From IMG/VR virus record IMGVR_UViG_3300030329_003231: a DNA stretch of 64,000 bases; one strand, written 5' to 3'. The DNA comes from an uncultured virus (IMG/VR IMGVR_UViG_3300030329_003231) (lineage: Duplodnaviria > Heunggongvirae > Uroviricota > Caudoviricetes). Of the stretch, positions 10,035-20,491 are shown piece by piece; position 1 is the stretch's first letter; every line of letters begins with the position of its first letter. Below the pieces are notes generated by a model that did no database searches, was not told the DNA's origin, and saw only the letters and a list, made by a program, of their open reading frames with translations. Both the position numbers and the translations under genes were made by a program.

Positions 10035-11753
10035 TTAAGCCCCTTTATGAAGTATTTCAAAGGCACTACTATCTCCACGCGAAGTATTACCACCAGATAA
10101 TCCCGCTAACAGTTCAGCAGTATCCCCACTCATACCTGATGGAGAAGAAGATTCTTTCTGAGATCCACTATCATTTATTACAATCGTCACAGGTCCATCT
10201 TCCTCATAGGAAGTAGATTTACTGATGGAAGCAGACTTATCATCACCAGTAGGATCAAAATTTAATTTTCTATTAAGATCTTTTTGTCCCGCCCCTGCTC
10301 TTCCTTCCTGTCCATAGATATTTCCCCATCCACCTGTCTCATCACTCACTTTCCCTAAGAAATCAAACGCATTAAAAAGTCTACGAAACTGTTCTCTAAT
10401 TCTTCCATCAAACTTTGCCATATTCTTTCTTTGTTTGTCCTTACCTTGTTGATCAAGGAAAGGATAACGCACCAATTCTATCAAATATCTGATTGGCGTA
10501 CCAAGAATGTCGAGCAATCCAAAGAAAGCTCCAAAAACCCTATTAGCAACCTCTCCCAGTTTCCACAGCATCCATGATCCCCACCTTTTTGGATTCCACC
10601 ATTTCAATTTCTTATTCTCTTCCGCATTTTTTTCTAAACCTTTATTCCATTGTCTACCTTTTGTAGTGAGCTGTCCCCCGCCTTCTCCAACCGCAGTGAA
10701 CAACCCCATAACCGCTATAACTTTTGCTGCTGCAACAGCAGGAGCAGCAAATGTTCCTATACCAGCAGCGAAGGCTGTAGTCTTTGCTAATGCAGCTTTC
10801 CCAAATCCCAATACTGCTTTCGCTTTACCCTTACCTAATAATTTAATTAATAATCTCTTGGGAGCACGTCTCAATCCATGTTTAAGAATATTCCCTGCTA
10901 CTCTTCCCTTTCCTCCCATTGAACCATCTCTAAATCCTCTCCAATAAGCAAGACTAGTACTCTTCATCAGTACTGCTGCTGTTGTCAATGCCGCAATAGC
11001 AGCAAGATTTAATACCCACTTTAAAGTACCGCTTAACTTATCAAATATTGCCTGTCCCTTCTTCCCAAATAATTTCCCTACACCCTTTCTTAATCCTTGG
11101 AACATTTTATCACCCCAATGGACCAGCGTTACAAAAGCATTTAAAATTCTGCCACCCCATTTAACTAACCAGTTCATTACATTATTAAGGATGGTCACTA
11201 AACCTAAGAGTTTAGGAAGCTGATCAAAGAACTTCAGTGCTAGGAAACCCCAGAACATCGTAACAAAAAAATTAATTACTCTGCCAATAACACTCTTCGC
11301 CTTCTTAGGTACAAACCTTCCTAAACCCTTTCCTACACTTTTAACTTTCTCAAATTTAGTCTCTTGCTTTTTTCTCCTAGATTGCTTTGCTATTCTTCGC
11401 TTCTTAGTTGCTCTCATCTTATCTAAGGCAAGAGATCCTTTAAGTAAAGTATCAATATCAACCACACTTTTCTTTATTCTAAATGCAGTTCCCTCTAAAC
11501 TTTCACTTTCTCCACCCCCTCCTGCCTTACTAATACTTTGGGAAACATCGGGAGAATCAAAACTAATCCGTGGATTCTGAGTTTTATCTACTGTGCTTTC
11601 AGATGTTTCCTCTCCCGTTTCTTTCTGCGGTAACTCTTTCTTCTTATCATCTTTTCTTTTAAAAATCTTACGAGCCATCTTCATGCCACCACCAGCTTTT
11701 TTAGCCGCTCCTCCTAATATTTTTAATCCCCCACCAACAAGTCCTAGTGCCAT
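10035..11753 (-). CDS. Tape-measure-like/baseplate hub protein with hydrophobic segments
   Basis: 572 aa, Lys/Gly/Ala-rich helical sequence with hydrophobic stretches; next to gp51/gp26. Confidence 0.5.
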   Translation of the reverse strand: MALGLVGGGLKILGGAAKKAGGGMKMARKIFKRKDDKKKELPQKETGEETSESTVDKTQNPRISFDSPDVSQSISKAGGGGESESLEGTAFRIKKSVVDIDTLLKGSLALDKMRATKKRRIAKQSRRKKQETKFEKVKSVGKGLGRFVPKKAKSVIGRVINFFVTMFWGFLALKFFDQLPKLLGLVTILNNVMNWLVKWGGRILNAFVTLVHWGDKMFQGLRKGVGKLFGKKGQAIFDKLSGTLKWVLNLAAIAALTTAAVLMKSTSLAYWRGFRDGSMGGKGRVAGNILKHGLRRAPKRLLIKLLGKGKAKAVLGFGKAALAKTTAFAAGIGTFAAPAVAAAKVIAVMGLFTAVGEGGGQLTTKGRQWNKGLEKNAEENKKLKWWNPKRWGSWMLWKLGEVANRVFGAFFGLLDILGTPIRYLIELVRYPFLDQQGKDKQRKNMAKFDGRIREQFRRLFNAFDFLGKVSDETGGWGNIYGQEGRAGAGQKDLNRKLNFDPTGDDKSASISKSTSYEEDGPVTIVINDSGSQKESSSPSGMSGDTAELLAGLSGGNTSRGDSSAFEILHKGA

Positions 11754-11754
11754 C

Positions 11755-13395
11755 TTACAATATCATTATCCCCAAGGTTCTAATTTTAGAAGGATCTCTC
11801 ATCAATCCTGCTTCAAAAGAAGGAACTGCATTACCTGCTCCTCCACCTAATCCTGCATTACTAGCGGCATTTACTCCCTCATCTTTGGCCGCGTTATAAG
11901 CCATGACTGCATTCTTTGCCTTAGAAACGGGCTTAGATATTCCATCGGCAGATTTTGTTTTCTGATCCTTTGATAACTCTACCTCCTTAACTTTTTTATA
12001 ACCAATTATTCTTCCTCGCCTATTATAAATGGGAACCCCTTTTTCTCTATCTTCTTTTTTCTCTTTCTCTAGGTTCTTATCCATGTTCTCACCACTCTTA
12101 TCACCAACCTTCATGGGTGAACTTCCCTTACCACCCTCATCACTACCCTTCATAGAAGGATTCTCATTCTCTGGAAGAATAGACTTATTAGGATCCTGAC
12201 CTAAGATTTCAGTACCATACTGCATTAATTTTTCTTTACTAGACATATTCTGAAACTTCATATATTCATCCATTGGAACTTCTTTTTCATTAATAAATCC
12301 CTTTCCTGTGTTCATATCAAATCTAGCATTAACCTCTCCACCAGTATTATATCTACCTCCCCTTGGTCTATTAGTTCCACCTGCGGCTGCATTCATTCCT
12401 GCAAGAGTATCTACACCATACTTCTCAACGGCACCTTTAGTCATAACAAACTCACCAGCAGTTAGTTTTGCTGGAACTCTATCTCTTCCCTCCGGACCTG
12501 ATACAAAGCCACCTTCATTAAAATCTTTTCCTTTAGTACCGGCTTCTATCGGAAGGTCTTCCTTCTTATTATCACCCTCCTTTCCTTTTCCACCCATGAC
12601 CTTACTCAGAGCAAAGGCTCCACCTGCCAGTGCAGCAGCAGACAGGGCTGCCACTACGGGATTCAGTGCTATAAACTTAGCTAAGGCGGCACCTGCTGCT
12701 ATTAATGAAGGAATGGCTGCGGCGGCTGCACCAACTAACCCAGCTACCAATCCTCCAAATCCTGTACCAAATAATAAAACTGCTGCTACCAATGCAGGCC
12801 ACCAAGTACCAATGAATTTAACAAAGGAACCTATTTTCTTTTGATTATCTTTATTTGCTACCCAATCCAGTAACCCCATCAATATTTTTCCAAAGAAAAT
12901 GGTTGTAATAAAACCAAATATCTTCTCCCACAAACTCTTGACAGGTGCAATTACTTTATCCCCTATCTTCTTTAAGCCTTGAAACTTATCCTTCTCCGCA
13001 TCCTTTTCTTGTTTTAATCGGTCCTCTTCCTCTTGCTTACGTCGAGCATTCTCTTGTTGATCTTTATCAAAGTCTTCTCTTCCTATTAAAGTATCTCTAA
13101 TAGAATCTACCGTAGAAGCAATAGAGTTTAAAATACCTTCAAAGGTAGAACCTCTACCAATTTTTTTATCTACATTCCCTTTTCGTGCTTTTATAATATT
13201 TTTTAAGAGAGTAATCTTCCTCTCATTATTTGAAACTCTGTTCCCAATATTCTCACTAGATTCCTGACTGGTTCCTTTCTTAAAAGCAGCACCAGTTATA
13301 GTAGACCTCTTAGCACTCATCCCACCACCGATCCTCTCTTTTTGTCCCGATAGGAAAGAAGACTGTGATATTAAGTTCTGTCTACTATTAGGCAT
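11755..13395 (-). CDS. Tape-measure-like protein (gp29-like tail length determinant)
   Basis: 546 aa; coiled coil, Ala/Gly hydrophobic core, GGFVSGPEGRDRVPAKLTAGEFVM motif common in tape measure proteins. Confidence 0.6.
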   Translation of the reverse strand: MPNSRQNLISQSSFLSGQKERIGGGMSAKRSTITGAAFKKGTSQESSENIGNRVSNNERKITLLKNIIKARKGNVDKKIGRGSTFEGILNSIASTVDSIRDTLIGREDFDKDQQENARRKQEEEDRLKQEKDAEKDKFQGLKKIGDKVIAPVKSLWEKIFGFITTIFFGKILMGLLDWVANKDNQKKIGSFVKFIGTWWPALVAAVLLFGTGFGGLVAGLVGAAAAAIPSLIAAGAALAKFIALNPVVAALSAAALAGGAFALSKVMGGKGKEGDNKKEDLPIEAGTKGKDFNEGGFVSGPEGRDRVPAKLTAGEFVMTKGAVEKYGVDTLAGMNAAAGGTNRPRGGRYNTGGEVNARFDMNTGKGFINEKEVPMDEYMKFQNMSSKEKLMQYGTEILGQDPNKSILPENENPSMKGSDEGGKGSSPMKVGDKSGENMDKNLEKEKKEDREKGVPIYNRRGRIIGYKKVKEVELSKDQKTKSADGISKPVSKAKNAVMAYNAAKDEGVNAASNAGLGGGAGNAVPSFEAGLMRDPSKIRTLGIMIL

Positions 13396-13570
13396 TAGCT
13401 TTTTGTTGCTTTGCTTTTAGTTCTTCTTCCTCAAGATGTTGTTGAAGAAGACCCACATAGATGTCTCGTTCCCAAGGCATCATATTTTCTATCTCTGTTA
13501 AGCTATATTTATGGTACTGCATCAACGCAAAATTAAGCTTGAAATAAGAAGCCAAGCTCATATGCACCAT
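13388..13570 (-). CDS. gp51: Baseplate hub assembly protein
   Basis: LMQYHKYSLTEIENMMPWERDIYV signature; follows gp26. Confidence 0.85.
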   Translation of the reverse strand: MVHMSLASYFKLNFALMQYHKYSLTEIENMMPWERDIYVGLLQQHLEEEELKAKQQKANA

Positions 13571-13572
13571 GC

Positions 13573-14292
13573 TTACGCGAAAAAAGACGCTAAACCCTCC
13601 AGTAATACATCACTTTTTACTTTTGTCTTGGGATTAGTAACACTAATAGTATGAGATAACTTAGGCATAGTTTCAAAAAATGTTTCAATCTCTTTAAACT
13701 GGGAGGAATTCATCTGCTCTAAAAACTCATTCACTTCCTTCTTAGTACAATCAGCAGTTGCCCATACCTCTTCATCATTATAAATTTTATCAATACAAGA
13801 TGCAATCAATGCAAATGATTGATCCATTTGATTGGTTTCTTTAAAATCAAAATTATTCTTAATAAATTCATCCAATGAAGGATACTTCATCTCCATCATC
13901 AAATTATCATCAAGTTTAATTTTATTAGTATGGTCATCACTAAATTGCATTTCGATATCATCTATATTAATACTTACAGGAACCTGAGTCTTCTCATCAT
14001 CGGGACATATAATATTAACCTCAATCTCTTCTCCGACAGATTTGCCTCTAATATTAAGAAACAAGTATTCAATATCAAAAGTAGGAAGTGCTTCTACCTT
14101 CACCCCTTTGGATTGAATACACGATTTAAGTACTGCCTTAATAGCATTTGTAATTTGTTTAGTATCTTCACTTTCCAATGCAAGAACTAAAAGTTTCTCT
14201 TCCTTAACTAAAAAAGGTCTGTATTTAATAGTTTCGCCAGTGGAAGGTAACTCCAACTCATATGTTGGCGTGGCAATCTTTGGTAAAGGCAT
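13573..14292 (-). CDS. gp26: Baseplate hub subunit
   Basis: MPLPKIATPTYELELPS...YRPFLVKEEKLL...FDIEYLFLNIRGKSVGE. Confidence 0.9.
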   Translation of the reverse strand: MPLPKIATPTYELELPSTGETIKYRPFLVKEEKLLVLALESEDTKQITNAIKAVLKSCIQSKGVKVEALPTFDIEYLFLNIRGKSVGEEIEVNIICPDDEKTQVPVSINIDDIEMQFSDDHTNKIKLDDNLMMEMKYPSLDEFIKNNFDFKETNQMDQSFALIASCIDKIYNDEEVWATADCTKKEVNEFLEQMNSSQFKEIETFFETMPKLSHTISVTNPKTKVKSDVLLEGLASFFA

Positions 14293-14326
14293 AATATCCT
14301 ATAGATTATTTCAGTATGTTTATTTA

Positions 14327-15082
14327 TTAGAGAAAATTAGATAATGCTCCAACTACATTCCTTGCTCCTCTAGGTAGTGCTGCTCCAACACGATCAAGTA
14401 CAAGTCCAGCAAACCCACCCGTATTCCTATTCGCTTGATCTATTATACCAGATATCTGAGGGATAGAAGGAAAAGATTGTGGCCAATCTAAATTAGTAAC
14501 AACATATCTCATGTAAGTCATAGACACAGTACATTTTAAAAGATCAGAACCATCATATGAAACTGGCATAGAAGTTATTGCCAAAGGAAAACTTTTTACA
14601 AATTCATATTCTAATGTGCGTCTATAATCTTTTTCAAATTTAATAATTTTTAATCCTGCGGCGGTATAACTATCAGGATATCTCATTCTATAAAAATAAT
14701 TCTCCAATTTTAATTGAGTAGGATTATCTCTAGGAGAAATCTGTCTTCCATTTGATATAAATTCTAACCAGGATTCAAAGAATCTAATGGGAGTGTAGTC
14801 ACCAGAATCTACATAAAAAGTAAAATTAGTTTGCTCTTCAAAGACTCTTCTATATGCATGTTTCTCTCTTACTCCTGTAAAATCATTATTAACATCATGC
14901 GTTATCATTTGAGATCCAGGAAGATCTACCTCCGAACACAGGAGATTTAACTTACCTTGTCTACTAAAACCTAAGTAACTCCTAAGATCATCAGGAATTC
15001 CAATCTCCACTTCAAAATGAGAAGTTAAAGCAGGAGATAATAAATCGTTTTTAATTTGAGAAACTGTTTTTGGTGTAGGCAT
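14327..15082 (-). CDS. Tail tube-like protein (gp19/gp54 family, baseplate tube initiator)
   Basis: LCSEVDLPG...FFESW...FPLAITSMPVSY...VSMTY tube-fold pattern; divergent from gp4. Confidence 0.65.
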   Translation of the reverse strand: MPTPKTVSQIKNDLLSPALTSHFEVEIGIPDDLRSYLGFSRQGKLNLLCSEVDLPGSQMITHDVNNDFTGVREKHAYRRVFEEQTNFTFYVDSGDYTPIRFFESWLEFISNGRQISPRDNPTQLKLENYFYRMRYPDSYTAAGLKIIKFEKDYRRTLEYEFVKSFPLAITSMPVSYDGSDLLKCTVSMTYMRYVVTNLDWPQSFPSIPQISGIIDQANRNTGGFAGLVLDRVGAALPRGARNVVGALSNFL

Positions 15083-15083
15083 T

Positions 15084-15091
15084 TATAAATA
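15084..15091 (+). promoter_or_regulatory. T4 late promoter TATAAATA
   Basis: Perfect consensus 22 nt upstream of gp4 ATG. Confidence 0.7.
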
Positions 15092-15113
15092 TTTTATACC
15101 TTATATATTATGT

Positions 15114-15554
15114 ATGGCCGAAAGTAAGAAAAGTTTATTTAAACCCACTAAACCTAAGAAATATAAGGGTAATCCAAACAATATTATCTGTCGTAGTTCT
15201 TGGGAAAGAAAGTTCTGTAATTACTGTGACATCAATGAGAGTATCGTAGAGTGGGGAAGTGAAGAGTTCTTTATACCATACCGTGCTCCTGATGGGAAGG
15301 TTCGTCGTTACTTTCCAGACTTTATTATAAAGGTTAAAGAAAACTCAGGAGATCTTAAAACCTATGTGATTGAAGTTAAACCTAGAAAACAAACACGCCC
15401 ACCCAAACCACGCAAAAAAATAACTCAATCCTATCTCTATGAATGTAAAACATATGCAGTTAATCAAGCAAAGTGGGCAGCGGCATCTGAATGGTGTAAA
15501 GATCATAGAGTTGAATTCAAAATCATTACTGAAAGAGAACTAGGTATACAATAA
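15114..15554 (+). CDS. gp4: Head completion nuclease (TnsA-like)
   Basis: KYKGNPNNIICRSSWE...WGSEE...RYFPDF...IEVKP...NQAKW...FKIITE. Confidence 0.9.
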   Translation: MAESKKSLFKPTKPKKYKGNPNNIICRSSWERKFCNYCDINESIVEWGSEEFFIPYRAPDGKVRRYFPDFIIKVKENSGDLKTYVIEVKPRKQTRPPKPRKKITQSYLYECKTYAVNQAKWAAASEWCKDHRVEFKIITERELGIQ

Positions 15555-16012
15555 TGCCAAGGAAAACCCTCCAACAAAGAAGAGAAAGAGAACTCCAAAG
15601 ACAGAGAGAACAATCTGAGACCTTTGGGTTTGAAGGAGAACTAAAAAAATCTCCTACTGCACGGGTAGAAGAACTTAAAAGATTAGTTGAAGAAGCAAAT
15701 ACAACTGATCCAGAAGAAATAATGCTTATCATTATGGAAGTATTCAATCAAACAGTTACTCCCATACCAGATCCAGGAAATTTTTATACCTTTGTATATA
15801 ATGCCAAGACTCCTAATGAAACCTATGATCAACATCCCCTGATTGCATGTATGGAATTATTTCCATGGGGATTCAGAGGATTAAACTTTCATTGGCAAAA
15901 ATATAGGAATTATACATGGGATGAACTCGCCGGACAACTATACATAGTAGAGAATCAGGAGTTAGATGAGTTACTCTCACTACAATATGGAAAGTTCCTC
16001 CTAAATAATTAA
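15554..16012 (+). CDS. gp2: DNA end protector-like protein
   Basis: YTFVYNAKT...YDQHPLI...GFRGLNFHW; position after gp4. Confidence 0.65.
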   Translation: MPRKTLQQRRERELQRQREQSETFGFEGELKKSPTARVEELKRLVEEANTTDPEEIMLIIMEVFNQTVTPIPDPGNFYTFVYNAKTPNETYDQHPLIACMELFPWGFRGLNFHWQKYRNYTWDELAGQLYIVENQELDELLSLQYGKFLLNN

Positions 16013-16027
16013 ATAAAGAAATTATAA

Positions 16028-17431
16028 ATGACTGCGAACGTCAAAGGTTTCTACGGAGACGACAAACCAGCAAATAGATTTCTCGGTCCGAAGGGAGAAA
16101 AATATTTTACCCTAGTCAATAAAAAGACTGGGGAAGTTGAATTATGGAATGAAGAATTTGGTAAGGATAGAAGAGTAGGAGCCCTAAATGGTAAGACTAA
16201 GAAATGGAACTTTGATGAAACGGCAAGTGGAAAATCCACGACTGCCAGAGATTTTGAAGTAGAATATTTTAGTAAATCAGAAAATACCAAAGGTGTAATT
16301 AACCAAGCCCTCACAACAGTAGAGAGAGATCAACAAACGGGTTCTAATTTAGAAGATGGAGAACAAAGATTAGGAAATTCCATACAAGGTGTTGCAGAAT
16401 CTGAAAAGAATGCACGAGAATTATTAAATACTAATCAACAATCTAGTAACACAGAAGCGAATAAAGACGCACAAATGCTTTCCACAGGACTTCAAAGTCT
16501 TAAAGATGGGGTAAAAGCAAGTGCTGCTACCAGGCAAAATTTTGGAACAATGGTTTATCCTCTTGCTTTAAGAGATCAACTGCAAGATGTAATGAAATTT
16601 AGTATGCTTGAATACATGCCCAGAAAATATAAAAATATAACCCAAGATAATATGAGTGGGTTTGAACAAGGAAGAAGAGGCGGAAAAACACTAAGTGATA
16701 GAAAAATACTTGGATCTGTTACCCTTCCTATTCCAGGAGAAATTAATGATACTAATGTAGTAAGCTGGGGGGAAGATACTCAAAATCCATTGCAAGCTGC
16801 TGTTGCTAACCTTGCACTCGAAGCACTCATCAACAACAAAGTTGACATGACTAACGTGGGAGATGCAATTTCTGCTAATAAAGATAAATTAAAAGCAGCA
16901 CTAGGAACTGCTATCGTAGCCAATGCAACAGGAGTCCAGTTTAATGCAATGATAGGAAGACAAGCAGGAGCAATAATGAATCCTAATATGGAATTATTAT
17001 TCAAAAGACCTGAATTAAGACCATTTTCTTTTAGTTTTAAACTAAGCCCAAGAAGTAGAAAAGAAGCCCAAAGTGTTATTAAAATTATACGATTTTTTAA
17101 ACAAGGAATGGCTCCTCAAAGAACCGAAGGTAAATTATTCTTAAAAACTCCTAATACATTTAAAATTAACTACCTACATCGAGGTAGAGATCATCAATAC
17201 TTAAATAGATTTAAAGAATGTGCCTTACAAAATCTTACAGTTAATTATACACCTGATGGTAACTATGCAACTTATGAAGATGGTGTAATGACACAATATG
17301 TTATGACTATGCAATTCAAAGAACTTGAAGCAGTCTTTAATGATGATTATGAATTTAATGATGATCTTTCTGCTAACACTTCTACCGTTCCCTCAACAGG
17401 TGGCGGAGTACCAGCACAAATAGGTTACTAA
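16028..17431 (+). CDS. gp48: Baseplate tail tube cap
   Basis: LPIPGEINDTNVVSW...NPNMELLF...LRPFSFSFKLSPRS...CALQNLTVNYTPDG. Confidence 0.85.
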   Translation: MTANVKGFYGDDKPANRFLGPKGEKYFTLVNKKTGEVELWNEEFGKDRRVGALNGKTKKWNFDETASGKSTTARDFEVEYFSKSENTKGVINQALTTVERDQQTGSNLEDGEQRLGNSIQGVAESEKNARELLNTNQQSSNTEANKDAQMLSTGLQSLKDGVKASAATRQNFGTMVYPLALRDQLQDVMKFSMLEYMPRKYKNITQDNMSGFEQGRRGGKTLSDRKILGSVTLPIPGEINDTNVVSWGEDTQNPLQAAVANLALEALINNKVDMTNVGDAISANKDKLKAALGTAIVANATGVQFNAMIGRQAGAIMNPNMELLFKRPELRPFSFSFKLSPRSRKEAQSVIKIIRFFKQGMAPQRTEGKLFLKTPNTFKINYLHRGRDHQYLNRFKECALQNLTVNYTPDGNYATYEDGVMTQYVMTMQFKELEAVFNDDYEFNDDLSANTSTVPSTGGGVPAQIGY

Positions 17432-17432
17432 G

Positions 17433-18104
17433 ATGTCTAATTATTTCAAACAACTTCCCGACTTTGAATATGTTAGCAGACTTCCTGATGCTAAAATATC
17501 AGATTATATTACTGTCAAAAATCTTTTTAAAAGAGGACAACTAGCACCAGATATCTTTCAAAACCTAGCATTCTTCACCAAATATGAAATTGAAGGAGAC
17601 GATAGACCAGATAATGTTTCCTCTAAAGTATATGGAGATTCAGAATTAGACTGGGTAGTTCTTCTTTCTAATAATATAATTAACATTCAAAGCGAATGGC
17701 CTCTACCACAAAGAGATTTTGATAGGTATCTTCTCGATAAGTATGGAACCTATGATAAAATTAATGCAACTCACCATTACCAAACCAAAGAAGTAAAAAA
17801 TCAAGGAGGAGCAGTGATAGTTCCTGCCGAACTCCAAGTAGAATCGGACTATTCGGTTACTTATTATGATTGGTATCTTCAAAAAGAAATGATCAAAACA
17901 TCTTCAGAAATCGTAGAAGAAGTAACCAACTATGATTATGAAATAAAAATTGAAGATAAAAAAAGAAGTATATTCATCCTTAAAGCAGCTTATCTACCAG
18001 TAGTCGAAGATGATATGCAAGAAATGATGACATATAAAAAAGGTTCCACCCAATATCTGGATGAAACCCTTCAAGTTGCAGAAAATATTAGACTATATCA
18101 ATAA
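17433..18104 (+). CDS. gp53: Baseplate wedge subunit
   Basis: YFKQLPDFEY...DRPDNVSSKVYGDSELDWVVLLSNNI...EWP...HHY. Confidence 0.9.
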   Translation: MSNYFKQLPDFEYVSRLPDAKISDYITVKNLFKRGQLAPDIFQNLAFFTKYEIEGDDRPDNVSSKVYGDSELDWVVLLSNNIINIQSEWPLPQRDFDRYLLDKYGTYDKINATHHYQTKEVKNQGGAVIVPAELQVESDYSVTYYDWYLQKEMIKTSSEIVEEVTNYDYEIKIEDKKRSIFILKAAYLPVVEDDMQEMMTYKKGSTQYLDETLQVAENIRLYQ

Positions 18105-19004
18105 TTATTCCTCAGCAAGTTTCTGGAAATAACTTAGTGCATCATCCTCATCTGAACTAGCAGATGCTACTGGTGTTGACTTACTTGTTTTAAAGTCAGG
18201 AGTAAATGATCCACGACCTTCACTTTCGTCTTCTAATTCTTCATCGAATACACGACGAGTAGGTTGCTTATGTCCTAAAACATAATCAAGACGCTTCTTC
18301 AAGTCATCATAAGACTTGAACTGATCCGCAGCAGTTACAGCAGCAAGAGAATACTGCTTCTTCCACAATGCTTCTAATGCATCATCATCTTCAAGAAGAG
18401 GGGAGACTACATCGAACTCTGACTTATCATAGTTCCAGTAACCATCCTTCTTAACAATCTTCAACTTGAAGTTTGCACCTTGCCAGAAATCAAAAGGATT
18501 GATTGGAGTTTCATCCTCGAACTCTGGTTGCATTGCTTCCATAACCTTGTCAAAGATCTTCTTACCGAACTTATAAAGGAATACTCCTCCTTCATTAGAA
18601 GGATTGGCAGGATCCTTTACAACATAGATGTTTGCATAGTAAGAAAGCTTACGCTTCTGCTTACGAACAACATCCTTGTCAGATTCATTACCACTGTTCC
18701 ATAGTTCACGATTGTGTTCTGATACAGGATCTTTACCACCTGTTGTGGTCAAAGAGTTTTCAATATACCAACCACCTGGTCCTTGGAATGCATGGGAATA
18801 CATCTTTGCCCATGGAATCTCTTCGCCTTCTGGTGCTGGTAAGAAACGGATAACAGCATAACCATTACCTGTTTTATCTACTTCGGGTTTCCAGAGTCTT
18901 TCATCTGCTCCACCACTAGTAGTATTCATCTTCTCCACTTCTTTAACTAGTTTTTGAGTCAAAGATCCTAGAGAGGATTGCTTTTTTAAGTCTTTAAATG
19001 ACAT
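18105..19004 (-). CDS. gp32: Single-stranded DNA-binding protein
   Basis: DERLWKP...GNGYAVIRFLP...KRKLSYYANIYVVKDP...GANFKLKI; start moved to MSFKDLKK (19004) because the upstream extension overlaps its promoter. Confidence 0.95.
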   Translation of the reverse strand: MSFKDLKKQSSLGSLTQKLVKEVEKMNTTSGGADERLWKPEVDKTGNGYAVIRFLPAPEGEEIPWAKMYSHAFQGPGGWYIENSLTTTGGKDPVSEHNRELWNSGNESDKDVVRKQKRKLSYYANIYVVKDPANPSNEGGVFLYKFGKKIFDKVMEAMQPEFEDETPINPFDFWQGANFKLKIVKKDGYWNYDKSEFDVVSPLLEDDDALEALWKKQYSLAAVTAADQFKSYDDLKKRLDYVLGHKQPTRRVFDEELEDESEGRGSFTPDFKTSKSTPVASASSDEDDALSYFQKLAEE

Positions 19005-19050
19005 TAGATTACCTCGTATTTGTTGAGATTTGGCTTGTGTGTACCTTTCT

Positions 19051-19079
19051 ATTATAAAAGAATTAGATTCCTTTGTCAA
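19051..19079 (-). promoter_or_regulatory. Sigma70-type early promoter for gp32
   Basis: TTGACA-17 nt-TATAAT, perfect consensus. Confidence 0.85.
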
Positions 19080-19398
19080 TCTGCTGTTTCATCATCCCCA
19101 CTGCCTGACCCATTTGATTAAAAAGGGTATTCATATCAACATTCTCTGGAAGACCAAACATAGATGCAGATTCTGTAATGCGTTTTTTCATTTCTTTTGC
19201 CTGAGGATCCTCAGATAAACTCAAACGAGTATACATAACCCTTTGTTTATCCAAAAGTTTCTCTAGAATATCAACATGATATTGTTGATCTTCCTTAGAC
19301 ATGGTTGGGAATTTAAATACATTATTATAAACCTCCTCTTGGAGTTCACTAATTTCCGCCATCTCTGCACGGACTACATCAGATTGAAAAAAACTCAT
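19063..19398 (-). CDS. DUF1825-like conserved cyanophage protein
   Basis: FFQSDVVRAEM...QRVMYTRLSLSEDP. Confidence 0.65.
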   Translation of the reverse strand: MSFFQSDVVRAEMAEISELQEEVYNNVFKFPTMSKEDQQYHVDILEKLLDKQRVMYTRLSLSEDPQAKEMKKRITESASMFGLPENVDMNTLFNQMGQAVGMMKQQIDKGI

Positions 19399-19982
19399 AG
19401 AACAGTTTCCTTTAGAATCTTTTTATAACGGGGTACATCTATATTTAGGAATGGCATGTACTTTTTAATCTTCCGACTGACGGTTTCCCATACAGGATCA
19501 TTCAGTCTCTGATCAAAGTCTTTCCTATACTCAAATATTCTATCACATATTACCAACGTTTCAAGTGAGGTTTTCTTCCCCAAATAACTCTTCAAAATTA
19601 AAGGATGTCCATTAGAACAATCAAAGACTTCATCTACTTTATTATTATCAAATAAATTGTTGACTTCCTCCTTAAAAATATAAGAAAGTGATTGAGTTTT
19701 CTTTTTCCATTCCTGATATCTTCCCTCACCTTCCTTAATCATCTCACCAATCCACATGGTTCCTGGATCAGTGGAGTATATAAAATTAGATACAAAAAAA
19801 TCTACTATTTCTTTATCATCTTTCTGTCGTGCAAATTTCTCAAACCAGAATCTATCCTTTCTCTTATAGAAAGCTGCATTAGTTGCTCTAGTCTTACCAC
19901 GATACTTATGATAATCATAATGATCTTTAGTAAAGTGGTTCTTTAGAGCCAAATAACAACGGTAAGCATCAGCTGGCATCAT
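19395..19982 (-). CDS. gp59: Helicase loader
   Basis: YLALKNHFTKDHYDYHKYRGK...FYKRKDRFWFEK...SLETL. Confidence 0.85.
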   Translation of the reverse strand: MMPADAYRCYLALKNHFTKDHYDYHKYRGKTRATNAAFYKRKDRFWFEKFARQKDDKEIVDFFVSNFIYSTDPGTMWIGEMIKEGEGRYQEWKKKTQSLSYIFKEEVNNLFDNNKVDEVFDCSNGHPLILKSYLGKKTSLETLVICDRIFEYRKDFDQRLNDPVWETVSRKIKKYMPFLNIDVPRYKKILKETVL

Positions 19983-20491
19983 TATAAAAAAGATAAAACA
20001 TTACCTGCCACCACTATTCTACCATCACATTTATTTTTTGGCACATGATGAAGCAAATTACCATGAAATAATACTAGCTTCCCCTCGATTGGTTTAATTC
20101 TTTTACGACTAGTTGTAAACACTAAAGGAGAAGATCCCTTGGGAGATCTAACAAAATAAACAAAAGCAAAAGCACACCCAAAATGATCATGCGATAGAGT
20201 ATAATCTCCTTTATCATACTTTGCTCCCCAACAGTGACATACTTTATAATTATATCCAGCATAACCCCCAATCAAATTAATAACCCATTCTTTAATTAAA
20301 TTAAGAGTAGGAGTCTCAATATTATTATAAGTTTGAAGTGCTCTTACATTAGTTTTTTTTCCACTTCGATTATAAATCTCTGTTGTAAATTCCAGATCTT
20401 TAAACTCTTCTATTAGCTTTTTGTTTATAGATTCATAATAAGGATGGATCTCCGTAGTAACATAGGTTATTTCTTTGACATAATCAACCAT
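19982..20491 (-). CDS. 2OG-Fe(II) oxygenase-like protein
   Basis: HDH...FVYFV...EGKLVLFHGNLLHHV...RIVVAGN. Confidence 0.8.
   Translation of the reverse strand: MVDYVKEITYVTTEIHPYYESINKKLIEEFKDLEFTTEIYNRSGKKTNVRALQTYNNIETPTLNLIKEWVINLIGGYAGYNYKVCHCWGAKYDKGDYTLSHDHFGCAFAFVYFVRSPKGSSPLVFTTSRKRIKPIEGKLVLFHGNLLHHVPKNKCDGRIVVAGNVLSFL

Noticed and set aside
4217..14190. Many + strand ORFs of 60-180 aa opposite tail genes (e.g. 10507-10947, 12308-12844)
   Set aside because: Antisense shadows of long genes with no RBS or recognisable motifs
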